Shown here: one piece after another, positions 13,741 to 27,900 of the stretch
How the letters are laid out: each line of letters begins with the position of its first letter
Numbering within the stretch: position 1 is the first letter of the stretch
Source: Camelus dromedarius
Lineage: Eukaryota
DNA: 64,000 nt
Direction of reading: 5' to 3'
Assembly: GCF_036321535.1 (NCBI RefSeq)
Contig: NC_087437.1
Span: 60,886,001 to 60,950,000, forward strand
Translations under genes and position numbers: made by a program
Notes under the pieces: model-generated
Told to the model about the DNA's origin: nothing
The model's database searches: none
Seen by the model: the letters and a program-made list of their open reading frames with translations, nothing else

Positions 13741-14050
13741 CAGGTCCAAAATTCCCTGAAATTTGGGGACCAGAGTGCTTCAAAAATCACAATTTTTCAT
13801 GGTTTACATGGTGCATTTACCATCTATTATATAATTCCTCCAACGGGGTCTAGAACTCTACCCTAAAATCAACACATTAATGTTTTGGTGACAAAAATAA
13901 AAATTCACATTAAGTGGGCAAAAGATAAAGTGAACAAAATGGGCTTTTGTCAGCTCAGGCCAAGTTTTGCAACCAAATGAGTCTGGGTCAAACTCACAAA
14001 AAAAGCCTTTGCTTTTCGGAGCTTTGTGGATTTCAGAATTGTGGACTTTA
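13741..14050 (+). mobile_element. MER46C-like Tigger DNA transposon relic
   Basis: Begins ta|caggtcca, ends ...gatttcagaattgtggac; internal sequence matches my recollection of the MER46C consensus. Confidence 0.75.
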
Positions 14051-15549
14051 CAGGGATTCGAAGCTGGCTTGTCCCACTGCCTGGTCGTGTTTCCCAACAG
14101 CTGTGGCATTCTAGAATGGCAGCAGAATGAAAAGCATAACCACAAGACAAGGTTCTGGCTGCTCCGAGAGGCAAAAGAAGAAAAAGGTGGTGGTGGGATT
14201 CCAAGAACAGGGAGGGCTGCAGGCCCGCAGGTCAGCTGTAGGAGCAGGGTCCTGAGGAGTGAGGGAGTTCATGTGGGGCGGGGGAGGTGTTGGTGACTGA
14301 GGCCAGAGAGGCCGTGTCAGTGGGGCAATGTGCAAACTGCCACAAAGCACAGGTCAAGAGCTCCTCAATTCATTTCCCATTCACCTACCCCAGAAGGTCT
14401 CCACATCAAGGATAAGATCACCAAAGGAGGCCACTGGGCCTCCTGAGAGCCTGGGAGAGAGGAAAGAAGGGTGGAAGGCTCAGTAGCTGTGGGAGGAGAA
14501 GGAGTACAACCCTGTTGATTTCATAGAGGCCGAGGGCAGTGGGCCCCGTTCTCCTTCCTGTTCCTGTGTCAAGTGTGGTTTGCTGTCAAGTGGTAGCAGG
14601 TTCAGCCACAGTCAAGGGAGGCAGCGGGGAGAGGCCCCCAGAGAGCAAGAGGCCCTGAATCTGGAAGGTTGTTTGCTAGAGCTGCTTTCAGCTGGGGAGC
14701 AGAATGAATGGTGGGGACTGGGACTTCTGGGTGGTGCAAGGCATGCTGGGAAGTGTGGGTTTTAATTGGCAGTTGGGCAGTTTAGCCACAAGCTGGGGGC
14801 AGGGCGGGGTTGAAAGAGTCAGGAGAGGCTGGTAAGACAGAAACAGGGAGGAGTGATTTTTTTCTTTTATTCTCACACCATCAAGCCAGAGGAAGACTGA
14901 CCTATCATACCAATTATTATCAGCCTGGCAATGAGCTCAAAGGCTGAATTTAGACCCTTCCCCACTCTGAAGGAGACTTCCTTTTCATCACTTCTTGCCA
15001 TAGTTACTAAGATCAGTCATGCCAGTGGTGAAATTCCCATGCACAACGTGCAGAAACCCTCCTACAGGAATCTCCTCTGCCAGGTTATCGTCACGACCTC
15101 ATTGGGGATTTCTCTAAAGACTCCCCTCCTCAAAACCTGCCTCAGTTAATCCCACCCTATTCAATGTTCTATCTCTACTTGTATAAAATACCACTAAGTC
15201 TTTCAGAAATTAAATTCCTGGTAACTAAATCACCTAAAACACAGCAGAAAGCTGTCTCAAAACCCAAGCATCTCATTCATGGGATAAGCTGTCACCTTTG
15301 GCTTCTACCTAGAGTAATCATAAATATTTAGAGCTGTGAGAACAGGGGATGATAGCAGAGAAAGTGAGAAAAGAGATATATAAAAATATATAAGGACATG
15401 CTCTTACAAATACCTTTTGGTTCTCTCTGAAAGCACTGTCTTGCCTTTTAATATAGGGCAGGCAGCCCTGCATGGATCCAAGAGGAGGGAACCTCAGTAT
15501 CACAGTGAACCTCAGTCACTGATTCCCATAAGAAGGCTCTAAGACATCA

Positions 15550-16470
15550 AGAACTGACTAACTTATATAAAGAATTTTTACAGCTCAGTAATAAAAAGAT
15601 AATAACCCAATTAAAAAATGGGCAAATGACATGAACATACATTTCTCCAGAAAATATACAAATGGCCGATAAGCACATGAAAAGATGCTCAGTATCATTG
15701 CCATCAGGGAAATGTAACACAACCACCATGAGATACCACTTCACACCCACAAAGGTGGCTGAAATAAAAAAGACAGATAACAAATACTGGCAAAGGTGGA
15801 GAGAAATTGGGACTCTCACACACCACTGATAGGAATATAAATTGGTACAGAAACTTTGGAAAGTATTCTGGCAGTTCCTCAAAAGATGAAACATGGAGAT
15901 ATCATATGATTCAGCAGTCTCATTCCTAGGTACCCCTTCCCCAAATGAAAACATTTTGTCCACAAAAAACTTCTATACAAATGTTCCTAGCAGCATTACC
16001 CATGATCGTCGAAAAGTGGAAACAACCTAAATATCCATTGAGGGATCGATGGATATACAAAATGTGGTAATAGCCATACAATAGAATGCTAATCATCCAT
16101 TAAAAAAATGAAATACAGATACTACAACACAAATGAACCTTGAAAATATTTTATTAAGTGAAAGAAGTCAGTCACAAAAGACCACATATTATATGATTCT
16201 ATTTGTAACAAATATCCAGAATAGGCAAATCTATAGAAATAGAATGATTAGTAGTTACGTAGGTTGGGGGTTTGGGGAAAGTTGGGGAGAAATTGCTAAT
16301 GGGCATGGAGTTTCCGTTTGAAATGATGACAATGTTCTAAAATTGATTGTGGTGATGGTTGCACAGCTCTGTGAATATGCTTTAAGACATGGAATCATAT
16401 ACTTAATATGAGCTTGGCATGTGAGTTATATCTCAACAAAGCTTTTATATAAAAATAAATAAACAAAATA
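15550..16470 (+). mobile_element. Old L1M ORF2 end and 3'UTR fragment
   Basis: aacccaattaaaaaatgggcaaa, atgaaccttgaaaat...aagtgaaagaagtcagtcac, A-rich tail. Confidence 0.9.
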
Positions 16471-17205
16471 AAACTAGAAAAAAACCCCAGAATCTATAGA
16501 CTCAGTTTCTTAGTAAGAAAGTGAAGTACATGATGTTTAAGAATTTTTTAATCAGAATTTTAAAAATTAATGCTTAAGTTGATACTTCCCAGTTATCTGG
16601 AAAATACATATGTAAAACATCTTGTTTCTCAGTCATTGCACTCTAAAGCAAATGGTTGAAAACATACTAAGTGACAGAGTGACATAAAATTTTGACCATA
16701 TTCTCTTGAATTTGTGCAGAGTTCCTCGTTTAGTTGCTGAGTGTTTCACGTACATATATTTTGCTTTTCAAAGTAAAAATATTTCAGTGCTATTGAACTC
16801 TCCCTTTATCACCTTTTAAGATGTCTTTTAATGTTTTGAAGATTTTGAAGCTACAGATTTCTTATTTAATACATAATGATCATTAATCCTACATTGGAGA
16901 GTGTTGCTAACAAGATTATTAATATATAATAACTATAGTATTATTATATATTACACAACTATTTTATTAAGTATAATATAAATATATAATAAATATATAT
17001 ACTTAGTTTATATAATTTAAATATATAAATTAATTGTATATTTTTATATTTCAGAAAACATTGGGCATCTAGTATCCCTTGTTAACAAGAAAGGAGTTCT
17101 CATCCCTTAGAGAGTAGAAATGATTCTCTTCTTCTTTTTGGCTAAAAGAGGATTGTGTACCTAAGGCTTGGATCCATGATAGTCAATATTTTCTGGGCTA
17201 TTTTT

Positions 17206-17642
17206 TTTAAATTGAAGTATAGGTGATATACAATGTTGTGTTAGTTTCTAGTGTACAGCAAATGGATTCTTTTTCATATATTCTTTTTCATTATAGGTTG
17301 TTACAAGATATTGAATATAGTTCCCTGTGCTATACAGTAGGACCTTGCTGTTTATTTTATATATAGCAGTTTGTATCTGCTAATCCCAAACTCCTAATTT
17401 ATCCCTCCCCAGCACCCTTTCCCCTTTGGTAACAATAAATTTGCATTCTATGTCTGTGAGTCTCTTTCTGTTTTGTAAATAAGTTGATTTGTATCATATT
17501 TTAGATTCCACATATAAGTGATATCATATGATATTTGTCTTTCTTTTCCTGATTTACTTCACTTAGTATGATAATCTCCAGGTTCATCTATGTTGCTGAA
17601 AATGGCATTATTTCATTCTTTTTGTGACCAAGTAATATTCCA

Positions 17643-17689
<47 letters not shown>

Positions 17690-18200
17690 TTATATATATG
17701 TATGTATGTCTATATATATATATTAGAGTCTGAACTTAACTTTATGGCCAAGAGCAATTTTTCCCTGAGTTTGAAAGCTTGGTTTCCACTGTTGAGTACT
17801 GTTAACTGCTCTTACCCTTAAAAATACTTGCACTTGATATTTCTGTATTGTTTTAAGGAACTTATCTTGTTAAGCCATTTCTTCAAAAGTCCTATGAAAA
17901 TGCTAAAGGGCTACACAGATTTTAAAAGTCCTGTGGGATTTCTACTTCAGTGGTTTCTTTGCTGTGGTATTTTATTAAATATTTATTTAGATTAAAAAAA
18001 TATATATATACACACATACCATATCTTCTTTATCCATTCATCTGTTGAGGGACATTTAGGTTGCTTCCATGTCTTGGCTATTGTAAATAGTGCTGCTATG
18101 AACATTGGGGTGCATGTATCTTTTTGAATTAGTTTTCTCTGGAAATACCTGAGTGGAATTGCTGGATCATATGGCAACTCTATTTTTAGTTTTTAAAGAA
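17206..18200 (-). mobile_element. 5'-truncated L1 3' end, interrupted by a microsatellite and a ~280 bp insert
   Basis: Reverse-strand L1 3'UTR and ORF2 tail ([26 protein letters not shown]); TSD tctgggct(a/g)ttttt at 17192-17205 and 18201-18214. Confidence 0.9.
17645..17686. repeat. (TG)21 microsatellite followed by TA-rich repeats
   Basis: Perfect TG run read directly. Confidence 0.97.
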
Positions 18201-21200
18201 TCTGGGCTGTTTTTGAGGGATGCTTAGTGTCACCTGTTTAGGAGAACCTTGGTAGGACACAGAGCCCTATCCCTTGGAAATTATGAAATGACTGCATGAT
18301 CTAGGCTCAATCATCTAAATCTGTGCCAAGAACCATGAGTCTAGAGCAAGTGATGCAAAGAAGCTGACTGCTCCAGAGATGGCAGTGGCAGCCCCTGATG
18401 TCTGGGGCAGTGGCGGCAGCAGCGTCAGGGACAGCATTCAGCACTCACAGTGATGCAGCCTTCCAACCAGGCTGTCCTTGTGGCACCTCCCTCTAGAGCT
18501 GCCCATTTGCTCATCTAGATCTCCAGCCTTAACATTCATATCTACCTACGATCCTTCCAAGAATTCCTTTCCTGCTCAAGTGAGCCAGAATCAGTTTCTG
18601 TTGCTTGCAGTCAAGAATCCTGATTCATTCTCCAAATAAGAAAAATATCAAAAACAAAGAAAGAAAGGGGAAAAAAAAAAAACAAAAAACTCCTTAAGTT
18701 GAAGAAGATGATGGGTGAAGGAGAAAAGGCAGGGGAACAAAGGAGGTATTGGAACTATACTTCAATAAATATATATACCCCCCCCAAAGGAGGTATTAGG
18801 ATTTGGAAAGGTAAAATAAGCTTTCCTTTGGAATTAGCAGAAGGCAGTAACAGTGACAAGCCTTATTAGAGTAAGATTTTACCTGCACAGCTGCTGGACT
18901 CCCAGGGAAACCAGGACTGCAATGCAATTGGCACAAGTGAAAAATTACAGTCCACTAACCCAGCAGGCTATCACTCAAATGATAGAGTGATAGAATTCTT
19001 TTCAGAGACAGTATCTGATGTTCTAAGATGATGCTTTTTGGTGATGTATTTTAGGATAAGTTAGGCCTGGAAACACATAGAGGAAAAGGAGTTAAGTGTT
19101 GGCCCAAAACTTGATGACAGAATAGGAATGACTGAAATATTTGAAACATGCCAAAAATAATTTGTGAAAACATTAATAAGCAATAAATTTTTATAGGTGA
19201 AATAATGTCAAACTAGACTTAAAAATAAGAATTGGGAGAACTGACTTGTGATTATGTGATAGAAGTACTTATAGTTTGGGTTATAATTACTATTTAACCT
19301 ATTCTGAAATTATAATTCTATATAAATTTAATAATAAATACTACCATTGGAATTACTGACAAGAGAACAACACTTTCTAAGTATAGTTGGTAGATTAAAT
19401 TAGGCAATAATGAATTTAAGATCATTTCAATGAAATGACACTTCTTCCATCTTAGGATCCTTTCAATCATATGGGTTGGCTGAAAATGATTAATAGAAAG
19501 TTTATAAAAGAAATAGATTTGTATAGGCTTTGTTATATTTTAGACACAAACTGGATGGTTATCAGCTGCTTAGTAGTTGTGTGACTGCTCTGTGCCTCAG
19601 TTTCCTCACCTGTAAAATGTTGGTAATAACAGTATTTAGTTCATAGAATTGTTCTGAAAAAAAAAAAAACTAGATAAATTAATATTGTAATCCCTGAGAA
19701 CAGAGCCTGACCTATATTAAGAGATTAATAAGTGTTAGTTGTTTTTATTGTGATTATTGGGTTTTTTATTACTTGGGGTAAAGCCAGATGTACTCTCAAT
19801 GACTATGGAAAGGAAAACAGGTTTGGACAGCACTTTAACGGAAACAAAATTACTCCAAAAACCCAAAAGGCATGGCATTCCCAGAACTGATTAAACTTGA
19901 GAAAAAAAAATAAAAAGAGCAGAGCTGTGTAGAGGAGGATCTGCAAGGAATAACCATTTTGCTTGGGAACTCACCACCAACTTCAAGTGGCCCCCCACAT
20001 ATGCCATCGTTACCTTTCTGTCAGCCAAGTTTGTGATGAGTGCAAGATGGTGCACAGGTAGGGGGAGCAAAGGTGTTTAAGAAAAGCCTCTCCTTGTGAC
20101 TGGCGAGGGGAGAGGATGAAGACATCCTGGGGGTAACCAAGGAGCCAAGTTAGGTAACCCTAGGAGGTAACCAAGGAACCCAGGGAACCTTAGGTTAGGC
20201 TGTAGGTCACAAGGATCGAAAGCTGAGGGTGGAAGGAGAGGAGAGAGCCAGAAAGGACGTTGCGGTGGGAATTACCACAGCTCCCACAACTGGATGCAGG
20301 ATACGGACCACAGCCTCTCTATGTCACAAAAGCGGCGTGGAGGCAGGGCAACGCAGACGGGTGATCTTCCTCAGGCCTGCTGATATTCCCAGCTCAAATC
20401 AGACTGTGAAATAAGCTCTTTTAACCGGAGACAAAATGTGGGCTCTGAGGTCAGACTCTGGCACCAATGTCTGTGCTCCACCACCTGCCAGGTGGACGAA
20501 CTTGAGCAAGATGCCTAGCTCCTCTGGGCCTCAGCTTTCTCATGGGAAAGATGCCTTCCACACAGTGAGAGCTCAGTAGGCCTTAGCTAGTATTATTGCT
20601 TGCTGACAATTTCATCTTCCAGAGAGTAGAGGAAGTAATAAGGGGAACTGCCATTCTGAACCTAAATTTGGCCAAAAGGAGGAATTGGCTGGCAGAGTGG
20701 AAGTGACAGGAACTTTGGGAGAAAGCAACTGTGTGTTCTTGAAGTTTGTGAGAGTCAGAGAAATGGTAGGACCCCCTTAGATGTGTTCCCCAGATTTTAA
20801 CAATTAAAAGAAAATACCATGGCTTGAGACTTTAGAAAGATGCTCAAGAATTTGATATCTTCTTAAGAACATTCCCTTTACCTGTGAAATCTCAAGTCAG
20901 TGAAAAAGGGGAAGGGACTGAAAGAAATCACACAGTTACATATATGTTCATTTATTTGATTATAAGAGAAAGTAATCTTGAAATGGACAGGGGGGAGCAG
21001 AACCACTGATAAACACAAGAGGGTGGAACAGATACCTAACGTGCTTTTGAGAAAGTGAAAGCCTCACATGAATTGAGGCCTTTAAAGGGCTTCATAAAGT
21101 CATACTATAATCAAAAAAGGGATATGCTATTTGTGGTCAGTGTTGTCATGTTGGTGGGTGACAAAGAGAAAGCAGAACTCAATTTGTATTTTGCTTCTGT

Positions 21201-22139
21201 TTTTCTCTGTCACAGGGAATGTTCTTAGAACAGAAACGCCCAGAGGAAAAGTTAACCCAAGGTGGGAGGGAAAATTGCAAGAGACAACCCAATTCAGTTC
21301 TCCATATGAATTCCAGGAATCTGACCAGAACAAATTTTCCAGAGTGTGGGGAGACTTGCAGATGAATTATCCTGTAGGCATTGTCTAAGGGACAGATCTC
21401 TGGAGACAGATGCTCATTACAATTTTCAAAACAGTGAGAAAATTCACTTCCATACATCATAAGTCTTTGTATTTCTTATAAGTCCTAGAACCAAAATGGA
21501 TTATTAATGAGATGGCTTGTGGGCACCTCAAAGAGGCAGTGGTCACTGGGGGCTAGAGAAAATTTTCATCCCTGCCATTTTATCCCCAAGGAGGTTTTCA
21601 ATGCCAACATCTCAAAGGAATGACACCAACATTGATTAATTTTCATCAGGAATGTGTTTCTGGAACAAACAACACTAAGTCAATATAATTCTTTGATCAT
21701 CTTTCTGTGATACTTATTTGAAACATTTCCATTTTTATCCATTTTCATCTTTATTCAACTGAAATACTTTTCACTAGGATCAATTCTCTTTTCTTTGAAT
21801 TTTTAAATTTAGTTTTGTCTCCTTTCTTGGCTCTTTATCTGTATTGGATCTGTATCAAATTTTACTAGTTTCTGCCATGTTTGGTGACACTATGATTGTC
21901 CCTCCCACCCTATCCATTTCTTTATTCCTGTGACCACCCCAGCTTTTATCCAGGAACTATATATCCACCAGAAAATCCAGAGGATTTAAGGAAAGCTAAC
22001 TTTGCCTCTGGCTTAAACAGGCACCATGGATCAGGCCACAGCTCATCAGCAAACTCTCAAATCCAATGAACTGTTATTATTTCAGAGGGTAGGATGTGAC
22101 TAAATTCAAGCCAATGAGGAAGGAACCCTGATAGGAGAG

Positions 22140-22338
22140 AACCAGGAAAATAAATACCCCAACGGTTCCTCTCTGCCTCTAATCTAGTCTTGTCAGCACC
22201 CCAGTTAGGGATCCCACCCAGAAGACAAAGGACATAAGAACCGCTGATGTAGTCAACACAGGCCTACTGCCCTGAGCAGAGAGCAGGGCAGACAAGGGCG
22301 GAGAGTGGGTCCAGAAGGTCAAAGTAAACCCGGCACAC
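22140..22338 (-). mobile_element. LTR33-like ERVL LTR fragment
   Basis: Minus strand begins tgtgccgggt...acccactctccgcccttgtctgccctgctct, like the LTR33 5' end. Confidence 0.55.
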
Positions 22339-22747
22339 TGTGAATCTACACAAGGGTGGAATGAATCATGTTAACTGGGTTTGGGTTTTTTTTTTTTCCT
22401 ATGATGCTTTTCCCATATATTGTGGCAGCAGAAGCATCTTGGCACAATATGCTCTTAAAGAGCCTTTAATGCCTCTCATTGTTTGTCTTGCAACTTGTCA
22501 TACTATAAACAGAATTTAAGTTATTGTTTCCTGAATGTGTTACCAGCCATTTGCTTACACTGAAGACTAAACTTCACAGTCAAATGTCTTATCATTAACA
22601 TAGTTTCACACAATTTCCCTACAGAATTATTCCCATCAGTTTGACTTTTATTACCTGAAAAAAAAAAGTCTCACTTTTTGCCCATTATTTTTATAACCCT
22701 CCTCCAGATAATTTACACAAGTATTTTAAAGTACAATTTAGAATAAT

Positions 22748-23330
22748 CAGGATTCTTTTAATTATCAGTGATAGAAACTTAACTCAAACTGGCTTAAGCA
22801 AAAAGAAACTTAACTCAAACTGGCTTAAGCAAAAAGGGGAATTTATTGGCTCATCTCCCCAACAAGTCTGATTAAAGGCAAGCCTGGATCCAGGTGCTCA
22901 AACAATGCTTTCAAAAATCTGTCTCTCCAGCTCTGACCCCCTGTCTTCTTCTGTGTGTTTCCCTTAACGGGCAGACTCTTTCCAGGTGGCATCTGAGATG
23001 GCTACTGGCAGTTCCAGGCCAACATCCTACTAGTTTAGCAATTCTAGGAGAAAAAAGGCCTCTTTCAAAATAGCCCAATAAAAGTTCCAGGACTGAGTCT
23101 CCTTAGTATGACCTGGGGTCAAGTGTTTCTTCCCTCATTAGACACTGTGGCTGGGGGATGGAACTCACTGGTGTCTGTGGATCAGATCATAGGCCTACCC
23201 TTTAAGTTTCACCCAAACTATATGAATTAAATGTGGAGGAGGAGTGGCCCTTTAAAGAAAATCAGTGCTTTTATCACAAGAGGGATGGAGGCTGGGCAGA
23301 TAAGAAATGGTGGTCCTTCTCTCTACAGGT
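22748..23330 (-). mobile_element. MLT1-type LTR containing a 31-bp tandem duplication
   Basis: agaaacttaactcaaactggcttaagcaaaaaggggaatttattgg is the reverse of an MLT1 3' end. Confidence 0.7.
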
Positions 23331-23964
23331 TTAGTATTGATTCCCTGGAAATGCTGCAAATTATACTTCACCTAGAGAAGCTGGCTGATCGCCACCTCTC
23401 ATTCCTGGTCTCTGAGCCACTTCCTAACCTACCAGAAAACAGCACACATGCTCTCAGAATATGGGTAATGGCTTTTAGAGTGTAAAAAGTTTTTTGACTA
23501 TGTAAATAGATCACATATAACAAGCACATGCATATTTTCCCATAGCACAGCTTCAACAGAATAAGATTCCCTCTTAGCAGCTGGTTGTCTTTTCCTGTAA
23601 TCAGTTTGTTTCCTGAGGAGTTTACTAACATAACCAGCAGACTTGAGGAGCTGAGTCACAGTGCTGGTGAAACAGAGACCTGGGTAGACAGGGAGAGGAT
23701 CCATATTTTAGATCCAGCTCTGCTGTTAACAGTGGGCCCTAGTTTGTCTGTTAGTAAAATGAAGTCGGGCAAGACCTCTAAGTTCTATTCTAGCTGTGAG
23801 AACTTAGAATTCTTTTCTGAGATATGAACCATCAGAGAAGCAGTGAGATAGGAGTGCTACTTGTTTAGGGGAGAGAAGTTAAGGTCTTCAGACTGCAGCT
23901 GGGCCAAAGATGAGAGGAAGAATTGTGGTTCCAGTTTGATAGACTTAACTTGGTGTATATCCAA

Positions 23965-24950
23965 AGATAAAACCAACAGAACAAAAAGGCAAACCACTGA
24001 ATGGGAGACAATATTTGCAAATCATGTATCTGATAAGGAGTTACTATCCAAAATATATAAAAAACTCCTACAACTTGACAACAACAAAAACAAATAACCT
24101 GATTAAAAAATGGGAAAAGAACTTGAATAGATATTGCTCTAAAGGAGATACACAAATGACCAACGAGCACATGAAGGAAATGCTCTACATCACTAATCAT
24201 CAGGGAAATGTAAATCAAGACCACAGTGAGATAACATCTCACATCCATTAGGATGGCTTTATCAAAGAAACAGGAGACAACAAGTGTTGGCAAGGGTGTG
24301 AAGATATTGAAACCCTTGTGCTCTGTGGGTGGGAATGAAAACTGGTACAGCAACTATGGAAGACAGGCAGTTTGTCAAAAAATTAAAAATAGAATCACCA
24401 TATGATCCAGCAATACCATCCTGGATATACAGCAAAAATAACTGAAAGCAGAGTCTCTAAGAGATAACTGTATAGCCATGTTCTTAGCAGCAACATTCAC
24501 AAAAGGTGGAAGCAACCCAAGTGTCCATTAACAGATGACTATGGTATATACATCTAATGGAATACTGTTCAGCCTTAAGAAGGAAGGAAATTCTGAAACA
24601 TGCTACAATATGGATGAAGCTGGAAGACATTATGCTAAGTGAAAGCCAGTCACAAAAAGACAAATACTATATGATTTCACTCATATGAGGTATTTCAAGT
24701 AGCCAGACTCATAGAAATAGAAAGTAGAATGGTGGTTACCAAGGGCTGAGGGGAGGGGGAAAAGTGGAGTTGTTTACTGGGTACAGAGTTTCAGATTTGC
24801 AAGATGAAAAAGTTCTGATGATAATGACCATGGTTGTACCACAATGTGAATATACATAATACTACTGAACTACACACTCAAAAATGGTTAAAATGGTAAA
24901 TTGTATGTCATTGTATCTTACTACAATTGAACCTTTTTTTAAAAAAAATG
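23965..24950 (+). mobile_element. Old L1M ORF2 end and 3'UTR fragment
   Basis: RQTTEWETIFANHVSDKELLSKIYK remnant followed by L1 3'UTR. Confidence 0.9.
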
Positions 24951-27900
24951 AAGCAGATTAAAGCTAGAAGGAATTTTAGAGATCTTTTAGTTCAAACCCT
25001 TTATTTTCCAGATAGGAAAACTGATGCCTTGAGGGTGAAATGATTTACACAAGAACAAAACATGTAACAGAGATGGAATCTCCATCCATCCCAGCCCTGC
25101 TTTTTCTTTTTCTGATCAAATGTGACTTCAATAAACACATCAACTGAGATTTATATAGTGCTGTAATACAGCAACCACACAGATTTCCTTCTGGTCACAA
25201 GATAGAAAAACACAATGAAGGGGTCAACACCTAATCCAGGGGGTAATCTCAGCATCACTTAATAGTAGGACAAGTACTCATGTCTCCTGATGTGAGGCAA
25301 CATGAAGTTCCAACATCACCGAGGGTATATCCTGGCTAAAAATGTTTTTTAACTGGAATGGAACCAAACCCTAACATCTAACTTACCACTTACAGAAATA
25401 AAGGTCACAGAAGAACCATCTAGAAGAACACTACAACAAGGAAGCAGTCGGACAAAGGCAGAAGATGGGCCGTTGCCTTCCACTTCTCAGCTTGGATTAA
25501 GAATTCGATAAAGTCAGGAAAGTATAATTAATTTTGGTAGGTATTTTGATTGCAGCTCTGCAGGGAAATATTTTTCTGTTTTAAAGACACATACAGAAGT
25601 ACCTAAGGGCAGAATGTCATGATGTCTTTAAATATACTTTTAAATATTTTAGCAAAAATTAATAAAGTGAGCTGAATCGGTGTGGGGGAGGATTCTTCCA
25701 GAAGACACTGGGCACACAGAAGGGGGAAAAGGCAGTATGTCAAGGTCACAGTAAACATCAGGATGAACCACGCACTCTCCTTGGCAAGGAAAGGGACCAC
25801 CAAAGGCATTGTTCTCTGCATTTCCTTCCTGCTTAGGTTCCTGTCCGGAGGCCCTTTGGGTTAGTGAGTTTCTGAGAAACTAATGCCTTTATCAGGACCT
25901 CCCCTGGGGGATGTCAGCATCTGGAGACTAGGGCAACTGAAGGGCTGTCTAGTGGAGGAGACAAGCCCTGGCTGGAGGCAGATGTCAGCTGGATAGAAGG
26001 CAAAATGGAGCTGATTTCTTGGGGAAGCAGAAAAATCCCCATCTCTGGAAGCATCAGGCACAGGCTACAAAACTCGCGTGTGCCAGCCTTGATGATTTCT
26101 ACAGTCCCTTTCAGCCTCATATGCCAGGACCCAGGAGGAGGCTAGGTGGGGCTGGAGATGATGAGAACAAGACAGAGCTGTAGGGAAGGAGGCCGGGCCA
26201 GGCACTGACTGTGCTGGGCCTTGAGCTAATTCTCTGGCTTCCCTCCTGGGACACTGCCTCTCAGTGCTGCTTCCTGTCTCTCGCAATCTGGAGAAGCCAA
26301 TTTCCTTCAGTGGCAGATTTCATCTGGTAAGGAAGGGAGGGGAGCCTAAGCCAGTCCCTCATGGGGCCTGTCCTTGAGCAGAAACGGGAGCTCAGTTCCC
26401 CCAAAGGAGGGGGAATTCAGAGAGAAGATGCTAGCCAAATTACTGCAATGTTTGTTTTGAACTTTGCAAATACTGTACATTAAACGGGCCAAAAACAGTG
26501 ACTAGCATGTTTCCTAGCTCTGGTGAGGACAGAACAATACAGTTCAGCTCGTCACTCTGGACCCCAGGGTCACTTTGTGCTGGGCTGAGATGGGAAACAA
26601 AGATGAATGTACGATTTTCCTGCCCTCAAAGCACTCAAAACCTTCAACTGTAGAAAAAGGTGAAAACTTAAATACAAAGAAGAACTCACTGTAAAACATA
26701 TTTTGTTCTGAAATGCCAAGACAGGATATGGAATCTCCCTGGAAACACCTAACAATTAGATGACGTGCCATATTCTTTCTTACCCACCTGGGTAGTTTAG
26801 ATGCAGCCTAGTTGAGGAGCAGGGAGATGGCCTAAGACCAATGACCCTTTGGTGGTCTTGTCCGGACCCAGAATTCTAAAGATAGGTCTCTCTGTTAGTC
26901 TCTCTTCTCTGGCCTCAGGGAAAGAAAAAAAACCCTGTTCTCACAGAGGGCTAGAAGTCAAGTCCCTAAAAACAGCCCCACTCTGTTCCCTCTGGTCTTT
27001 TCTCTCAATAGCCCTGGAACCCTCAGGAATCCAGTTTGTCCCAATACCGGATTCTGTGCCCAGGAAACAGAAGCCAAAGCGCTCTTGAAAAAGAAATAGT
27101 CATGATAAATGATATTTTGGAAGTATTCTACTATGTATACAAACCTTTTCATATCATGATCTTACTTGAGTATTTCAACTCTGTAAGGTAGTTATAGAGA
27201 GGATTATTAATATTAATTTGCAGATGAGAAAACTGAGGCTTGAAGGTAAGTGACTTGCCCAAAACCACACAGCAGAAAAATCAAGCATAGGACTTGTTTC
27301 CTGGTCCCCCTGTGCTTTCTACTACACCACCCCACCTCTACTGTAATATGCCAGGGTGGTGATGTTGTATGAGGGCTTGTAACAGCGGATTGGGGAAAAG
27401 CAGTGAGCAAAACTATCCCTTACCTCTGTGCTTTGATCCCCAACTCCACATGTTCTGCCCCCAGGAATTCCTTCCCCGTGCGGCATGCAGGTGTAGCCCA
27501 AGTTACATGCCAGATTGTGGGGGGTGCCGGTGTTCTCATCCTGTCTAGGTAGCAGATTCAGCAAGTGAGTGGGAACAGGAAGATGTGTGAGAGATTGCCA
27601 GGGGCCTTTGATTAGAAGTGGTTAGTCTCTAATCTAATCTAAAAATGATGTCTCTGGGGGCGGTGAGTAGGTAGGGAAGCCAGCCAGCGTGCCCCTCCCT
27701 CTCCCTCCATCTCTTCTTCCCAGCGGGACAGAGCACCAAGGAGGTGATTATTTGGATTGACCCATAATTGTGGTGGTGGGAAAGTGGAGGAAGTGAAAGA
27801 ATGGGAAAAGGAAAACCGGAGGAACTAGAAGTTACATGGGCAAAGGCAGAGGATAAATAATGAGGAGAAACCAAAAAGCCTGGTCCTCAAAAATATTGAG

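Noticed and set aside
16920..17050. Extremely AT-rich, quasi-palindromic tracts (also 41030-41120)
   Set aside because: Low-complexity TA decay with no defined unit or supporting feature.
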